Shown here in pieces: positions 38,902-47,805 of a DNA stretch of 64,000 nt. This DNA is from an uncultured Campylobacter sp. Its GTDB lineage: Bacteria > Campylobacterota > Campylobacteria > Campylobacterales > Campylobacteraceae. The stretch spans positions 58,046 to 122,045 of the forward strand of contig CAUPZP010000003.1 of the NCBI GenBank assembly GCA_963516105.1, read 5' to 3'. Position 1 is the stretch's first letter; the number at the start of each line of letters is the position of its first letter. The notes below the pieces were generated by a model. The model saw only the letters and a program-made list of their open reading frames with translations, did no database searches and was not told the origin of the DNA. The translations under genes and the position numbers were made by a program.

Positions 38902-41200
38902 TGCTTATCCTTATTGTAAATTTTGTACCTTTATTAATTTCAGATTTTACATCTATTGTTCCATTCATCTGCCTAATGGTTTCTTTTACATTAAAAAGCC
39001 CTATTCCTGAACCATTTGTTGTAGTGTAGCCTAGCTGAAAAATATTATCCAAGTTATCCTTTGCTATTCCACACCCATCATCTTCTACTGTTAATACAAA
39101 ACAGTCTTTATTAATTAAATAGTTAAAGATAATTTTTGTTGCCTTTGCTTTTTGAGAATTCTGTATAAAATTATCTATCATAGTTGTTATCTCAAGAGGT
39201 CTTAGATTAATTTTATAAGTTGTATTCGTTTTTGGTATATTCTCTATTTTAATTTGAGAATCTATTACATGATCGCTTGATAAATATAACTCTTCTAAAT
39301 ATTCTCGTATAAAATTTATAATATCAGCATTTATAGTGCTGGCGGTTAAATTAAAATTTGCTTTTGTTATAAACTTCGATATTGACACTATTTTATCTAA
39401 TTCATGAGTAACAACACCGATATACTTCTTTTGCTTCTCTGTCATTGTAGTTTTGTCTATGGTTTTTAGTAAAAATTCTATGTTACTTTTTATTCTACTT
39501 GATGAGTGAAATATTTGATGTTGCAATGCAAGAATTTGTTCTTTTTCTGTACCTATAATTGAACTTTGAAAGATATTTATTTTGGTTTGCTGTTCGAGTT
39601 TTTTAGTAGTTAAATTACTCTTTTTTATTTCATCATCTAAATTTTGCTTAATTAGCATATTTTCATTTTTTAGTGCAGCATTTTCCTCTTTTGTCTCATA
39701 TATACGCTTTTCTAGTTCTGTTTTTTCTTTTGATAATTGACCTATTTTATCTATAGCATCCAAGATAGTGGCATCTCTTGCCTTTTTAGCTATTGATATT
39801 AAATCTTTTATTATAGGATCTTGCAAATTTGTATTTTGATTTATGATATTTAAAAAGTTTTTTCCAAAATCTAAAATTTTAACACTTGCCGAATTTGTTA
39901 AGGTTTTAATTAGCTGTATAATTTTGGACTTTGTTTCTATTGTATTTAATGCCTCTATATCATCGGAAAAATTATCAATATTTCTAACTTCCGCATCTAA
40001 CCCCCATTGAATACCAACTATATATTTTTCTAATCTTTTTAGAAGTTTCTCCCAAAAAAAGTCTTCTAGCTCGTTATATCCATCTGTTTTAATAAAGCCG
40101 CCATCTCTACTACTTTTTTCTTTAAACTGATCTGAGTATTCATTAATATTAATACTACCAACAATCGCCCTTGTGGATAGATATCTATTGTAGCCCTGTT
40201 GGTGTCTTTGATTTATTCCAAAGCTATCATCATCTATCTCTCCATAAGGGTACACTCTAAAGCCATTATTAAAAACAAGCACATGTCCAAAATTTACAGA
40301 ATGGACACCCATTTGCCTATAGAAATTGTTTTTGGCACTAGTATTTAAATATAAGAGAATTGATTTTATATTTTTAAGATGCTTGTAGTTATTATTTTCT
40401 TCTATTTTATATATCAATACCCCTCTATCTGTTAATGTTGATACTATTTTATCATCTTTTATATCAACTTCTAGTTTTGTAGTTTTTAGTGTTAAAACAT
40501 CTATAATTTCATTTTTAACTGGTTCTTCAAACATACTACCATTATGTTTGATATAAATTTGAAAATTATTTGTATGGGTATTAACCTCAAAAGGATTTAT
40601 GAGTTTTCCAAGAGAGCGCTTAAGCGTATTTATCTTGTCATTATCCCATTTTGAACGTAGTTGTGTTATCTCTACTATAACTCCGTGATTAAAATTTGCA
40701 TCTGCGATAAAATCTGCCTCAGAATAGTTAATTGAGATATCCATAAACTCTTTCTTTGCATCTTCTTCAAAATCATCCCAATTTACATCTAAAATATGAA
40801 ATTTTGTCTCGCCTATTTTTCTTGATATGATTTTTAATTTTGCACCAAGTCTATCACAAGAAAAACGACCTATACCCTTTGCACCAGCAAATCCTCTTTT
40901 TGTATTTATTTTATTTCTATAATCTCGATATCTTTCATCATCTTTATTTATATCACTGTCTTCTGTATTATCCTTTTTTGCAGAATATGCCACAAATAAC
41001 CATTTGTTTTTTATATCATCTAAATTCATTCCTTTGCCATTATCTTTGATAACTATTTTGTCTGCACCTATTTGCACATCGACTCTAGTTGCATGAGCGT
41101 CATAAGAATTTTTTACTAATTCAAAAATGGCAACTTCATCATTAACTATAAGATCTTTGCCTATTATGTTTTTTAATTCAGAGCTTATTTTAAATTTCAT
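38891..41200 (-). CDS. GHKL (MORC/MutL-like) ATPase fused to a histidine kinase
   Basis: N-terminal ELVKNSYDA/DNGKGM/GAKGIGR; coiled coil; C-terminal H-box (LQHQIFH), NFIQNS, EDDGCGI and GSGIGL; no TM. Confidence 0.85.
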   Translation of the reverse strand: MKFKISSELKNIIGKDLIVNDEVAIFELVKNSYDAHATRVDVQIGADKIVIKDNGKGMNLDDIKNKWLFVAYSAKKDNTEDSDINKDDERYRDYRNKINTKRGFAGAKGIGRFSCDRLGAKLKIISRKIGETKFHILDVNWDDFEEDAKKEFMDISINYSEADFIADANFNHGVIVEITQLRSKWDNDKINTLKRSLGKLINPFEVNTHTNNFQIYIKHNGSMFEEPVKNEIIDVLTLKTTKLEVDIKDDKIVSTLTDRGVLIYKIEENNNYKHLKNIKSILLYLNTSAKNNFYRQMGVHSVNFGHVLVFNNGFRVYPYGEIDDDSFGINQRHQQGYNRYLSTRAIVGSININEYSDQFKEKSSRDGGFIKTDGYNELEDFFWEKLLKRLEKYIVGIQWGLDAEVRNIDNFSDDIEALNTIETKSKIIQLIKTLTNSASVKILDFGKNFLNIINQNTNLQDPIIKDLISIAKKARDATILDAIDKIGQLSKEKTELEKRIYETKEENAALKNENMLIKQNLDDEIKKSNLTTKKLEQQTKINIFQSSIIGTEKEQILALQHQIFHSSSRIKSNIEFLLKTIDKTTMTEKQKKYIGVVTHELDKIVSISKFITKANFNLTASTINADIINFIREYLEELYLSSDHVIDSQIKIENIPKTNTTYKINLRPLEITTMIDNFIQNSQKAKATKIIFNYLINKDCFVLTVEDDGCGIAKDNLDNIFQLGYTTTNGSGIGLFNVKETIRQMNGTIDVKSEINKGTKFTIRISNAY

Positions 41201-42374
41201 TTATTATATCCTTTAGTGCTAATCCAACTTGTTCGGCAAATAGTGGCGGGATAGCGTTTCCTATTTGGGTATACCTTGGTACATCCTGCTTTCTTAAAAC
41301 TCCACCTGTAGTGTACTTGCCCTTAAAGCAGTAGCTATCCGGAAAAGATTGTATTCTTGCATACTCTCTGACAGTCAGTATTCTTGGCTCGCAATAGTGT
41401 ATAAAATCATCTGGATGAGTTGTCAAGGTTGGCGCAACCGATTTTGAACATAGTGGTATTATGGTTCTTTTTTTAATATTATATTTAGCTCTTATTGCAT
41501 GTGATATGTTTTTATTTGGTACAGAATTTGATAATATATGGCTAAACTTTTCAATTGTATCATCTTTGTGATTTGCAAACCTATGACTGTCAGCTATTTT
41601 CAAATTTACACCCTTTCTCATAAGTTTTTGATATGGATTTGCTATTATGCCGTAAATTCCAGCTTTAAAGTTTTTAGTATCTGGTGAGTTGACTGTTCCA
41701 TTTGACTGCAATAAGTCAGATATGGCTTCTTCTACCGATACGCACAAATTTAAATTCTTAGATTTTATAAATTGCTTTTTGTTCGCGTCTATACGCATAA
41801 AGAAATCATTTGCAATACCTTTTCTTGTTCCAACTAGTATAAATCTTTGCCTTCTTTGTGGAACACCATACATAGAAAAATCTAAAATTTTTGCTTCAAT
41901 GTCATATCCAAGCTTTTTAAGTTCGAATATAATATAATCAGAATACGCATTTCCTCTTTGCCCATTATTTGTAAAACCAACCATAAAACCTCTTACATTT
42001 TCAAAAAATATAACCTCTGGTTTTACTATTTTTATAAATTCGATATAAGACTTTACTAGTAAATTTCTCTCATCGCTCTCTTGCCTTCTTCCTGCCATAG
42101 AAAAGCCCTGACAAGGTGGTCCACCCACTATAAGCAAAACCTTATTTCTTAGTTTTTTTAAATTACTAATATTATTTATAATTAGCTGATTAATATCCAA
42201 ATTTGTATCAGGAAGCCAAGACGGCCAATCAAAATGGTTATTCTGATCTATTAAATTATATTTCAAAGTAGAAAAAGCATCGTGATTTTTCTCTACAGCA
42301 AACATACCTCTCAAACCCGCTTTATGAAGCCCTAGAGATAGACCTCCGCAGCCAGAAAATAAATCTATATACAC
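41190..42374 (-). CDS. DNA (cytosine-5)-methyltransferase
   Basis: Motif I DLFSGCGG, motif IV GGPPCQGFS, motif VI ENV, QRRQR, RIQSFPD and motif X QIGNAIPP. Confidence 0.96.
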   Translation of the reverse strand: MYIDLFSGCGGLSLGLHKAGLRGMFAVEKNHDAFSTLKYNLIDQNNHFDWPSWLPDTNLDINQLIINNISNLKKLRNKVLLIVGGPPCQGFSMAGRRQESDERNLLVKSYIEFIKIVKPEVIFFENVRGFMVGFTNNGQRGNAYSDYIIFELKKLGYDIEAKILDFSMYGVPQRRQRFILVGTRKGIANDFFMRIDANKKQFIKSKNLNLCVSVEEAISDLLQSNGTVNSPDTKNFKAGIYGIIANPYQKLMRKGVNLKIADSHRFANHKDDTIEKFSHILSNSVPNKNISHAIRAKYNIKKRTIIPLCSKSVAPTLTTHPDDFIHYCEPRILTVREYARIQSFPDSYCFKGKYTTGGVLRKQDVPRYTQIGNAIPPLFAEQVGLALKDIINEI

Positions 42375-42398
42375 TCTATACCTCTAAATAATCAACTA

Positions 42399-43079
42399 CT
42401 ATATTTTGCTATTACATATTTTAAAAATTCGCTCTATTTTATCTGGGTCTTTTTGCAGATTTTCGCTCTCGGCTTTACTATTTATATCCAGTACGCAGGG
42501 ATTAAATTTAATCGCCTCTCGCACGTTATCTTCGCCGATGCCGCCCGCAAGCGCAAAGTCAAATTTAACTCCCTCTAAAATCCTCCACTCAAAGCTGATG
42601 CCATTACCGCCTAAATTTACCCCCTTGCAGTCAAATAGCGGCATATCGCAAAGGCTAAAATCCACGCTCGGCAAAGTGTCAAGCACGCTATAAACCTTCC
42701 AAATTTTAATGCTTTCACGCGCTAAATTTTGCCTTAAATTTGCCGAATACTCGCCGTAAATTTGCGCTACATCTAAATTTGCCTCTTTGCAAATTTCTAA
42801 AATCTCGTTTTCTGAGATTTCAGCAAAAACCCCGACGCATTTTACGCCGTAGTCGTGGGCTAAATTTGCGATTTCACGTGCGATTTGCGGGGTTACTTTT
42901 CGCTTGCTAGGAGCAAAAATGACGCCTAAAAAACTTACGCCATTTTGCAAATCTATCTTGCCATCCGCACCAAAAACATCCAAATTTGAGCCTAAATTTC
43001 GCCCAAATTTAGCCCCTGCTTTAAGCACGGCGCGCGCCTCCGCAGGAGTTTTGATACCGCAAATTTTAATCAGCGTCAC
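42399..43079 (-). CDS. trpF: phosphoribosylanthranilate isomerase
   Basis: IKICGI, SKRKV, LAGGI and LDINSKAE…KD. Confidence 0.92.
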   Translation of the reverse strand: MTLIKICGIKTPAEARAVLKAGAKFGRNLGSNLDVFGADGKIDLQNGVSFLGVIFAPSKRKVTPQIAREIANLAHDYGVKCVGVFAEISENEILEICKEANLDVAQIYGEYSANLRQNLARESIKIWKVYSVLDTLPSVDFSLCDMPLFDCKGVNLGGNGISFEWRILEGVKFDFALAGGIGEDNVREAIKFNPCVLDINSKAESENLQKDPDKIERIFKICNSKI

Positions 43080-44689
43080 GCTTCGCCTCGCACGTAGTCC
43101 TCAAAATATCGATAAACTTTACCGCTTTTTATCGCGTCCAAGATGAGTTCTTTTGCCTGCGCTGGACTATCAGCGACGCCAGCGGCATAGAGCGCAAACA
43201 TCGCGTTTAGCACGACTACGTCAAATTTCGGTCCGCTAATCTCGCCTTTTAAAATTTGCTTTAAAATTTCGGCGTTTTGCTCAGGCGTGCCGCCCTCGAT
43301 CTCGCTGTGAAACGCCCGTCTAAAGCCAAACTGCTCGGGCGTGATGCTGTACTCGCTGATCTGGCCGCCGCGTAGCTCCACGACGCGCGTCTCGTCGCAT
43401 AGACTGATCTCGTCTAGTCCGTCCTCGCCGCGAACTACTAGCGCTCGCTCGCGTCCCAGCAGCTGCAGCGTCTCGGCATATAGGCGTAAAACCGGCTTAT
43501 GATAGACGCCCACGAGCTGATTTTTGAGCGCCAAATTTGGATTTAGCAGCGGGCCAAGTACGTTAAAAACCGTGCGGATGCCCAGGCGCTGGCGCACCTC
43601 GCGCACCTCGCCTACTAGCGGATGGAAAAACGGCGCGTGGAAAAAGGCTAAATTTTTATCGTTTAGCAGCTCGCGCTGTCGCAGGAGCGAATTTGAGCTA
43701 TGAATGCCCAAAATCTCAAGAACGTCCGAGCTGCCTGATTTGCTAGAAACGGCTTTGTTGCCGTGCTTTGCGACTTTGACACCTAGGCTTGCTAGGATAA
43801 ACGCGACGGTGGTTGAGATATTTATCGTCTTAAAGCCGTCGCCGCCAGTGCCGCAAAGATCGATCATCGGCGAAGGATCGCGGTAGGTCTGCGAGTATTT
43901 TAGGATGTTTTTAGCGAGGCTTGCGAGGCTTTGCGGATAGAGGCTTTTTTCGCTGATTAGCACCAAAAGTGAGGCTAGCTGCGTGATCTCGTACTCTTTG
44001 CTAGCGATGATTTCGCAAATTTGCTCAAAGTCGCGGTCGTCCAGACGTTCGTTTTCTTGCAGCTTGATTAGAAACGGCTTGAGCGGGCGGATCTTTGGCT
44101 CTTTGACGACGTCTGCTGTAGGCGCGGCTTCGTAGTTTATGAAATTTTCGATGATTTTTTTGCCGTACTGCGTGAAGTAGCTCTCGGGGTGAAACTGGAT
44201 ACCAAAAATCGGCCTATCTTTCGCGCTAAGCGCCATCACTACGCCATCCTCGCTCACGGCTGAAGCCTGCAAATTTGACGGTAGCTCATCCACGTAAAGC
44301 GAGTGGTAGCGCATGACCTCAAATTCATCGGGCAGTCCCGTAAACAGAGGCTCTTTGCAACTAACTTTTATGAGCGAAGTTTTGCCGTGATAGGGCTTTT
44401 CTAGGTGTTTGATTTTGGCGCCGTAAACGAGCCCGATCGCCTGATGTCCGAGGCAGATACCAAGGATCGGCGCTGCGATATCGCTTTTTAAAATCTCTAG
44501 GCAGATGCCGCTATCTTGCGGGTGTTTTGGTCCTGGACTTAATACGATTTTGCTCGGATTTAGCCTGCGGATCTCGTCTAGCGTGATTTTGTCGTTGCGC
44601 ACGCAGCGCACTTCCTCGGAAGTTAGTTCGTGTAGGTATTGTTCTACGTTGAAGACGAAGCTGTCATAATTGTCTATCAATAAAATCAT
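43076..44689 (-). CDS. trpD: bifunctional anthranilate synthase component II / anthranilate phosphoribosyltransferase (TrpG-TrpD)
   Basis: IDNYDSF, SPGP, GICLGHQ and QFHPES, then CGTGGDG, KHGN and GLDE. Confidence 0.96.
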   Translation of the reverse strand: MILLIDNYDSFVFNVEQYLHELTSEEVRCVRNDKITLDEIRRLNPSKIVLSPGPKHPQDSGICLEILKSDIAAPILGICLGHQAIGLVYGAKIKHLEKPYHGKTSLIKVSCKEPLFTGLPDEFEVMRYHSLYVDELPSNLQASAVSEDGVVMALSAKDRPIFGIQFHPESYFTQYGKKIIENFINYEAAPTADVVKEPKIRPLKPFLIKLQENERLDDRDFEQICEIIASKEYEITQLASLLVLISEKSLYPQSLASLAKNILKYSQTYRDPSPMIDLCGTGGDGFKTINISTTVAFILASLGVKVAKHGNKAVSSKSGSSDVLEILGIHSSNSLLRQRELLNDKNLAFFHAPFFHPLVGEVREVRQRLGIRTVFNVLGPLLNPNLALKNQLVGVYHKPVLRLYAETLQLLGRERALVVRGEDGLDEISLCDETRVVELRGGQISEYSITPEQFGFRRAFHSEIEGGTPEQNAEILKQILKGEISGPKFDVVVLNAMFALYAAGVADSPAQAKELILDAIKSGKVYRYFEDYVRGEA

Positions 44690-44704
44690 TTTTTTCCTTT
44701 TATA

Positions 44705-45040
44705 CGGCTTGTCTTTTTGCCCTATACTTCGTTGCTTTTAAATTTGGCTCGGTCATTACCTACATGGTAACTCCCGTCGCCAAATTTAAAAGCGCCTCGT
44801 CTAGAACAAAAATACTTCGCCTTATCGTTTTACGCTCAAATTTGAAGTTAAATTTGCAAATTTTATCCACCGAGACCCGCACCTTGAAAATATCAAAATT
44901 TGAAAAACTTACTTTCTCTAAAACTGAATTTTTGGGAGAGGAAGGGGGTTCTACTTACGAAGCGTCGCCCCTTCCTCTCCCAAGCCCTCTCTAACCCCAC
45001 TGCACGTGAGAGGTTGCTGCACTACGTGCAGGTCAAATTT
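44705..45040. repeat. composite palindromic intergenic repeat (MITE-like) between trpE and trpGD
   Basis: CGGCTTGTCTTTT (44705)…AAAATACTTCGCC (44809-44821), CCGAGACCCGCACCTTGAAAATA (44870 onward) and a GGGAGAGGAAGGGG/CCCCTTCCTCTCCC hairpin; same module order as at 28000. Confidence 0.7.
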
Positions 45041-45041
45041 C

Positions 45042-46409
45042 TCAAATTTCCCTTGCGTTTTTCGCAAATACGTTTAGCACCGAGGCGCGTTTTTTGCAAA
45101 TCTCTTTATATTCATATTCCGGAACGCTATCTATCACGATGCCCGCTCCGGCCTGTACAAAAATTTCGGCGAAATTTCCCTCGAGATCTCCGCTTTTTAA
45201 ATTTGACTCGTTTGCTCCGTCAAGGTGCGGGTTATGCCCGCTAGCGTCAAATTTAGCGTCAAATTTGCGCGCAAATATCGCGCTTCTAATCAAAATCGCC
45301 ATTTGCGCGTCGCCATTAAAGTGGAAAAATCCGATACCGCCACCGTATGCGTTGCGCCTATAGGGCTCAAGCTCGGCTATGATCTCCATGGCGCGGATCT
45401 TGGGCGTACCGCTGAGCGTACCTGCGGGGAAGATACTGCCGACTGCGTCAAATGCGTCTATATCGTCCGATTTTGTGCCGTAGACGTCGGAGACGATATG
45501 CATCACGTTCTCGTAGCGCACGATGCGCATGGCGTTCTTGACCGCGACGCTTTTTGGCTTGCTAACGCGGCCGATGTCGTTGCGGGCGAGGTCTATGAGC
45601 ATCTTGTGCTCGGCTAGTTCCTTCTCGTCGCTTAGCAGTTCGCGCTCGAGCGCGGCGTCCTCGATCGCGTCTTTGCCGCGTCCGCGCGTGCCGGCGATAG
45701 GCGCGACGTAGATTTTGCCCTCTTTGATCTCGCAGACTAGCTCGGGGCTAGAGCCCGCGACGTCGCCGTAGGGGGTCGGGAAGTGAAACATATAGGGGCT
45801 CGGATTTGCCTCGCTTAAGGCTCGGTAGAAGTCCAGGCTATCCATATCCGAGGATAGTTTTAGCTGTTCGCTTAGCACGACTTGAAAGACGTCGCCGCTT
45901 TTTAGGTACTCTTTGGCGCGCTTTGCGATGTTTAGAAAATGCTCTTTTTCGCCGTCCAAATCGGTTAAAATTTTATATTTGCTCTGCCGTTTTGCGTGCT
46001 CTTCGGCAGCTTTTGCTTCGTCCTCTGCGCTAAATTTAACTAAAAAATCGTAATACCGCTCGCTATCGCCGTAAAAGCTGTAAATTTTGCTATTTTTATC
46101 AAAATGCAGGTAGGCGCGGGCGTTGGCGTAGAAAAAGTCGGGGAAACCATACTGCGAGGCGTTAAAATCGGGGATTTTTTCAAAATATTTTATCCCGCCG
46201 TAACCCAGCACTCCAAACAGTCCCGCAAAAGGCGCATCAAATTTTTGAGCTTTAAAATAGCTCTTAAGCCCCGCAAAATCGGTTTGCTCGCTGCTGATAT
46301 ACTCGCAATCTATGCCGATAATGGTCTGCGTCGTGTCCTCGGCGAGGTAGGAGTTGGCAAATCTCTCTCGGATCTTTTCGTAATAAAAAACTGGGCTCAA
46401 AAGTAGCAT
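45042..46409 (-). CDS. trpE: anthranilate synthase component I
   Basis: NPSPYM, SSPE, PIAGTR, EHKMLIDLARND, GTLSGTPKIRAM and QAGAGIV. Confidence 0.96.
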   Translation of the reverse strand: MLLLSPVFYYEKIRERFANSYLAEDTTQTIIGIDCEYISSEQTDFAGLKSYFKAQKFDAPFAGLFGVLGYGGIKYFEKIPDFNASQYGFPDFFYANARAYLHFDKNSKIYSFYGDSERYYDFLVKFSAEDEAKAAEEHAKRQSKYKILTDLDGEKEHFLNIAKRAKEYLKSGDVFQVVLSEQLKLSSDMDSLDFYRALSEANPSPYMFHFPTPYGDVAGSSPELVCEIKEGKIYVAPIAGTRGRGKDAIEDAALERELLSDEKELAEHKMLIDLARNDIGRVSKPKSVAVKNAMRIVRYENVMHIVSDVYGTKSDDIDAFDAVGSIFPAGTLSGTPKIRAMEIIAELEPYRRNAYGGGIGFFHFNGDAQMAILIRSAIFARKFDAKFDASGHNPHLDGANESNLKSGDLEGNFAEIFVQAGAGIVIDSVPEYEYKEICKKRASVLNVFAKNAREI

Positions 46410-46457
46410 AAAATATCCTTTAATGAGCGTTGATTATATAAAATTTAAGCTTAATTT

Positions 46458-46886
46458 TCATTTGACGGCGGCGTCAAAAAGCTCGTGCTCTAGCCTTTGC
46501 GCCGCGTCTAGGGCGGGGCAGTCCGAGGCGCCGTATCTGGCTGCGACGCTTTTTATATCCTCAAAGCTCACGACCGTTTTGCCCTCTCTTTTTTGAAATA
46601 AAAACTTAAACGGAAGCTCTAGCGCAAGGCGCGGTTCGCACTCTATCAAAGGCGCAAGTACGCTAGGAACGCCGAAAATCACAGTGACCGACGGTGTCAA
46701 ATTTACTCCCGTTTGCGCGGCGAAAACGTGATGAGGCACTACGGCAAATTCGCTAATATCTCTCATATCAAGCAGTCTTTGAAATCTCTTAACCGCGGCT
46801 TCTAGCTCTAACTCGCTCTGGCCTGTCGTGACGCCGGCAAAGGCTAAATTTAACCCCGCAAAAATCATCAAAACCAATCTTTTCAA
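46458..46886 (-). CDS. exported DUF302-family protein
   Basis: Signal peptide; VIFGVP…ALELPFKFL pattern. Confidence 0.65.
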   Translation of the reverse strand: MKRLVLMIFAGLNLAFAGVTTGQSELELEAAVKRFQRLLDMRDISEFAVVPHHVFAAQTGVNLTPSVTVIFGVPSVLAPLIECEPRLALELPFKFLFQKREGKTVVSFEDIKSVAARYGASDCPALDAAQRLEHELFDAAVK

Positions 46887-46963
46887 TAACTTCCTTTTTT
46901 TAAATTTTAAAATTAATTTTACCCAAAAACGGCTAAAATCTAATTTTACTTTAAGGCTAGATT

Positions 46964-47716
46964 ATGGAAATTTTATCGGTTGCGTCGGTCGGTTACGTTT
47001 GTTTGGGGTTATTTGTCGGCTTTTTGTCCGGATTTTTGGGTATCGGAGGCGGCGCGGCGGCCGTACCGATACTCGTATTTTTGGGCTTTGACGTCAAATA
47101 CGCAATCGGCGTAAGCGTCCTTCAGATGATGTTTAGTTCGGTCTACGGCTCGCTTTTAAATCTCAAAAATAAGACCCTAGATCTAAAGCCCGCTTTGGTA
47201 CTTGGCAGCGGCGGCTTTTGCGGGGCGAGCGCGAGCGGCTTTATCGTAGCGAGCGTTCCATCGAAATTTTTGCTTCTTACTCTCATTTGTATTCAAATTT
47301 TTAACGTTATTAAGCTATTTTTTAAAAATCCGGAGCCAAAAGGCGCGCATAATCCATCTCTCGTGCCGCTTTTTTTCGTCGGACTTTTTGTCGGCGCGGT
47401 AGCGATCAGCGTGGGTATCGGAGGCTCGGTTATCATCATGCCGGTTTTGATAAATTTCTTAAACTACGATATAAAAAAGGCGATCAGCACGGGACTGTTT
47501 TTTGTGATATTTTCGTCGATTTCGGGCTTTATCAGTCTAACTTTGCAAGGGCTCGTGCAGTACGAGGTTGGCGTTTTGGTCGGTATCGGCTCGCTTATAA
47601 GCGTGAGGTTTGGGGTGGCTTTGGCGCAAAAGATCGACCGTGCTATCCAAAAAAGATGCCTGCTTGCGCTTATTTGCACGACGCTACTTATAATGATAAA
47701 TAAGCTTTTTGCTTAA
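46964..47716 (+). CDS. TauE/SafE sulfite-exporter-family membrane protein
   Basis: Two GIGG repeats and about 8 TM segments. Confidence 0.85.
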   Translation: MEILSVASVGYVCLGLFVGFLSGFLGIGGGAAAVPILVFLGFDVKYAIGVSVLQMMFSSVYGSLLNLKNKTLDLKPALVLGSGGFCGASASGFIVASVPSKFLLLTLICIQIFNVIKLFFKNPEPKGAHNPSLVPLFFVGLFVGAVAISVGIGGSVIIMPVLINFLNYDIKKAISTGLFFVIFSSISGFISLTLQGLVQYEVGVLVGIGSLISVRFGVALAQKIDRAIQKRCLLALICTTLLIMINKLFA

Positions 47717-47805
47717 ATTTGAGTTTATGGATTTAAAACAATACGATTAAATTTGCGATAAATAAGAGAGCGAGGTAAATTTACCCCGCCCGCTTCCAAG
47801 TAAAA

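Larger units (their letters stand above)
37990..42400 (-). mobile_element. AT-rich three-gene island inserted between trpF and trpB
   Basis: Abrupt compositional shift (loss of the CG-rich host codon usage) spanning three overlapping co-oriented genes; no integrase or transposase visible. Confidence 0.75.

Noticed and set aside
37985..42420. Prophage or IS origin, or target-site duplication, for the methyltransferase island
   Set aside because: No integrase, transposase or flanking direct repeat is evident. Acquisition by homologous recombination in the trp flanks is equally possible.
36054..46409. Missing trpC as a sign of a broken pathway
   Set aside because: trpC is normally unlinked from this operon in Campylobacter, so it is probably elsewhere in the genome.
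46410..46457. trp attenuator / leader peptide
   Set aside because: Only 48 nt precede trpE, with no Trp-codon leader or terminator hairpin.
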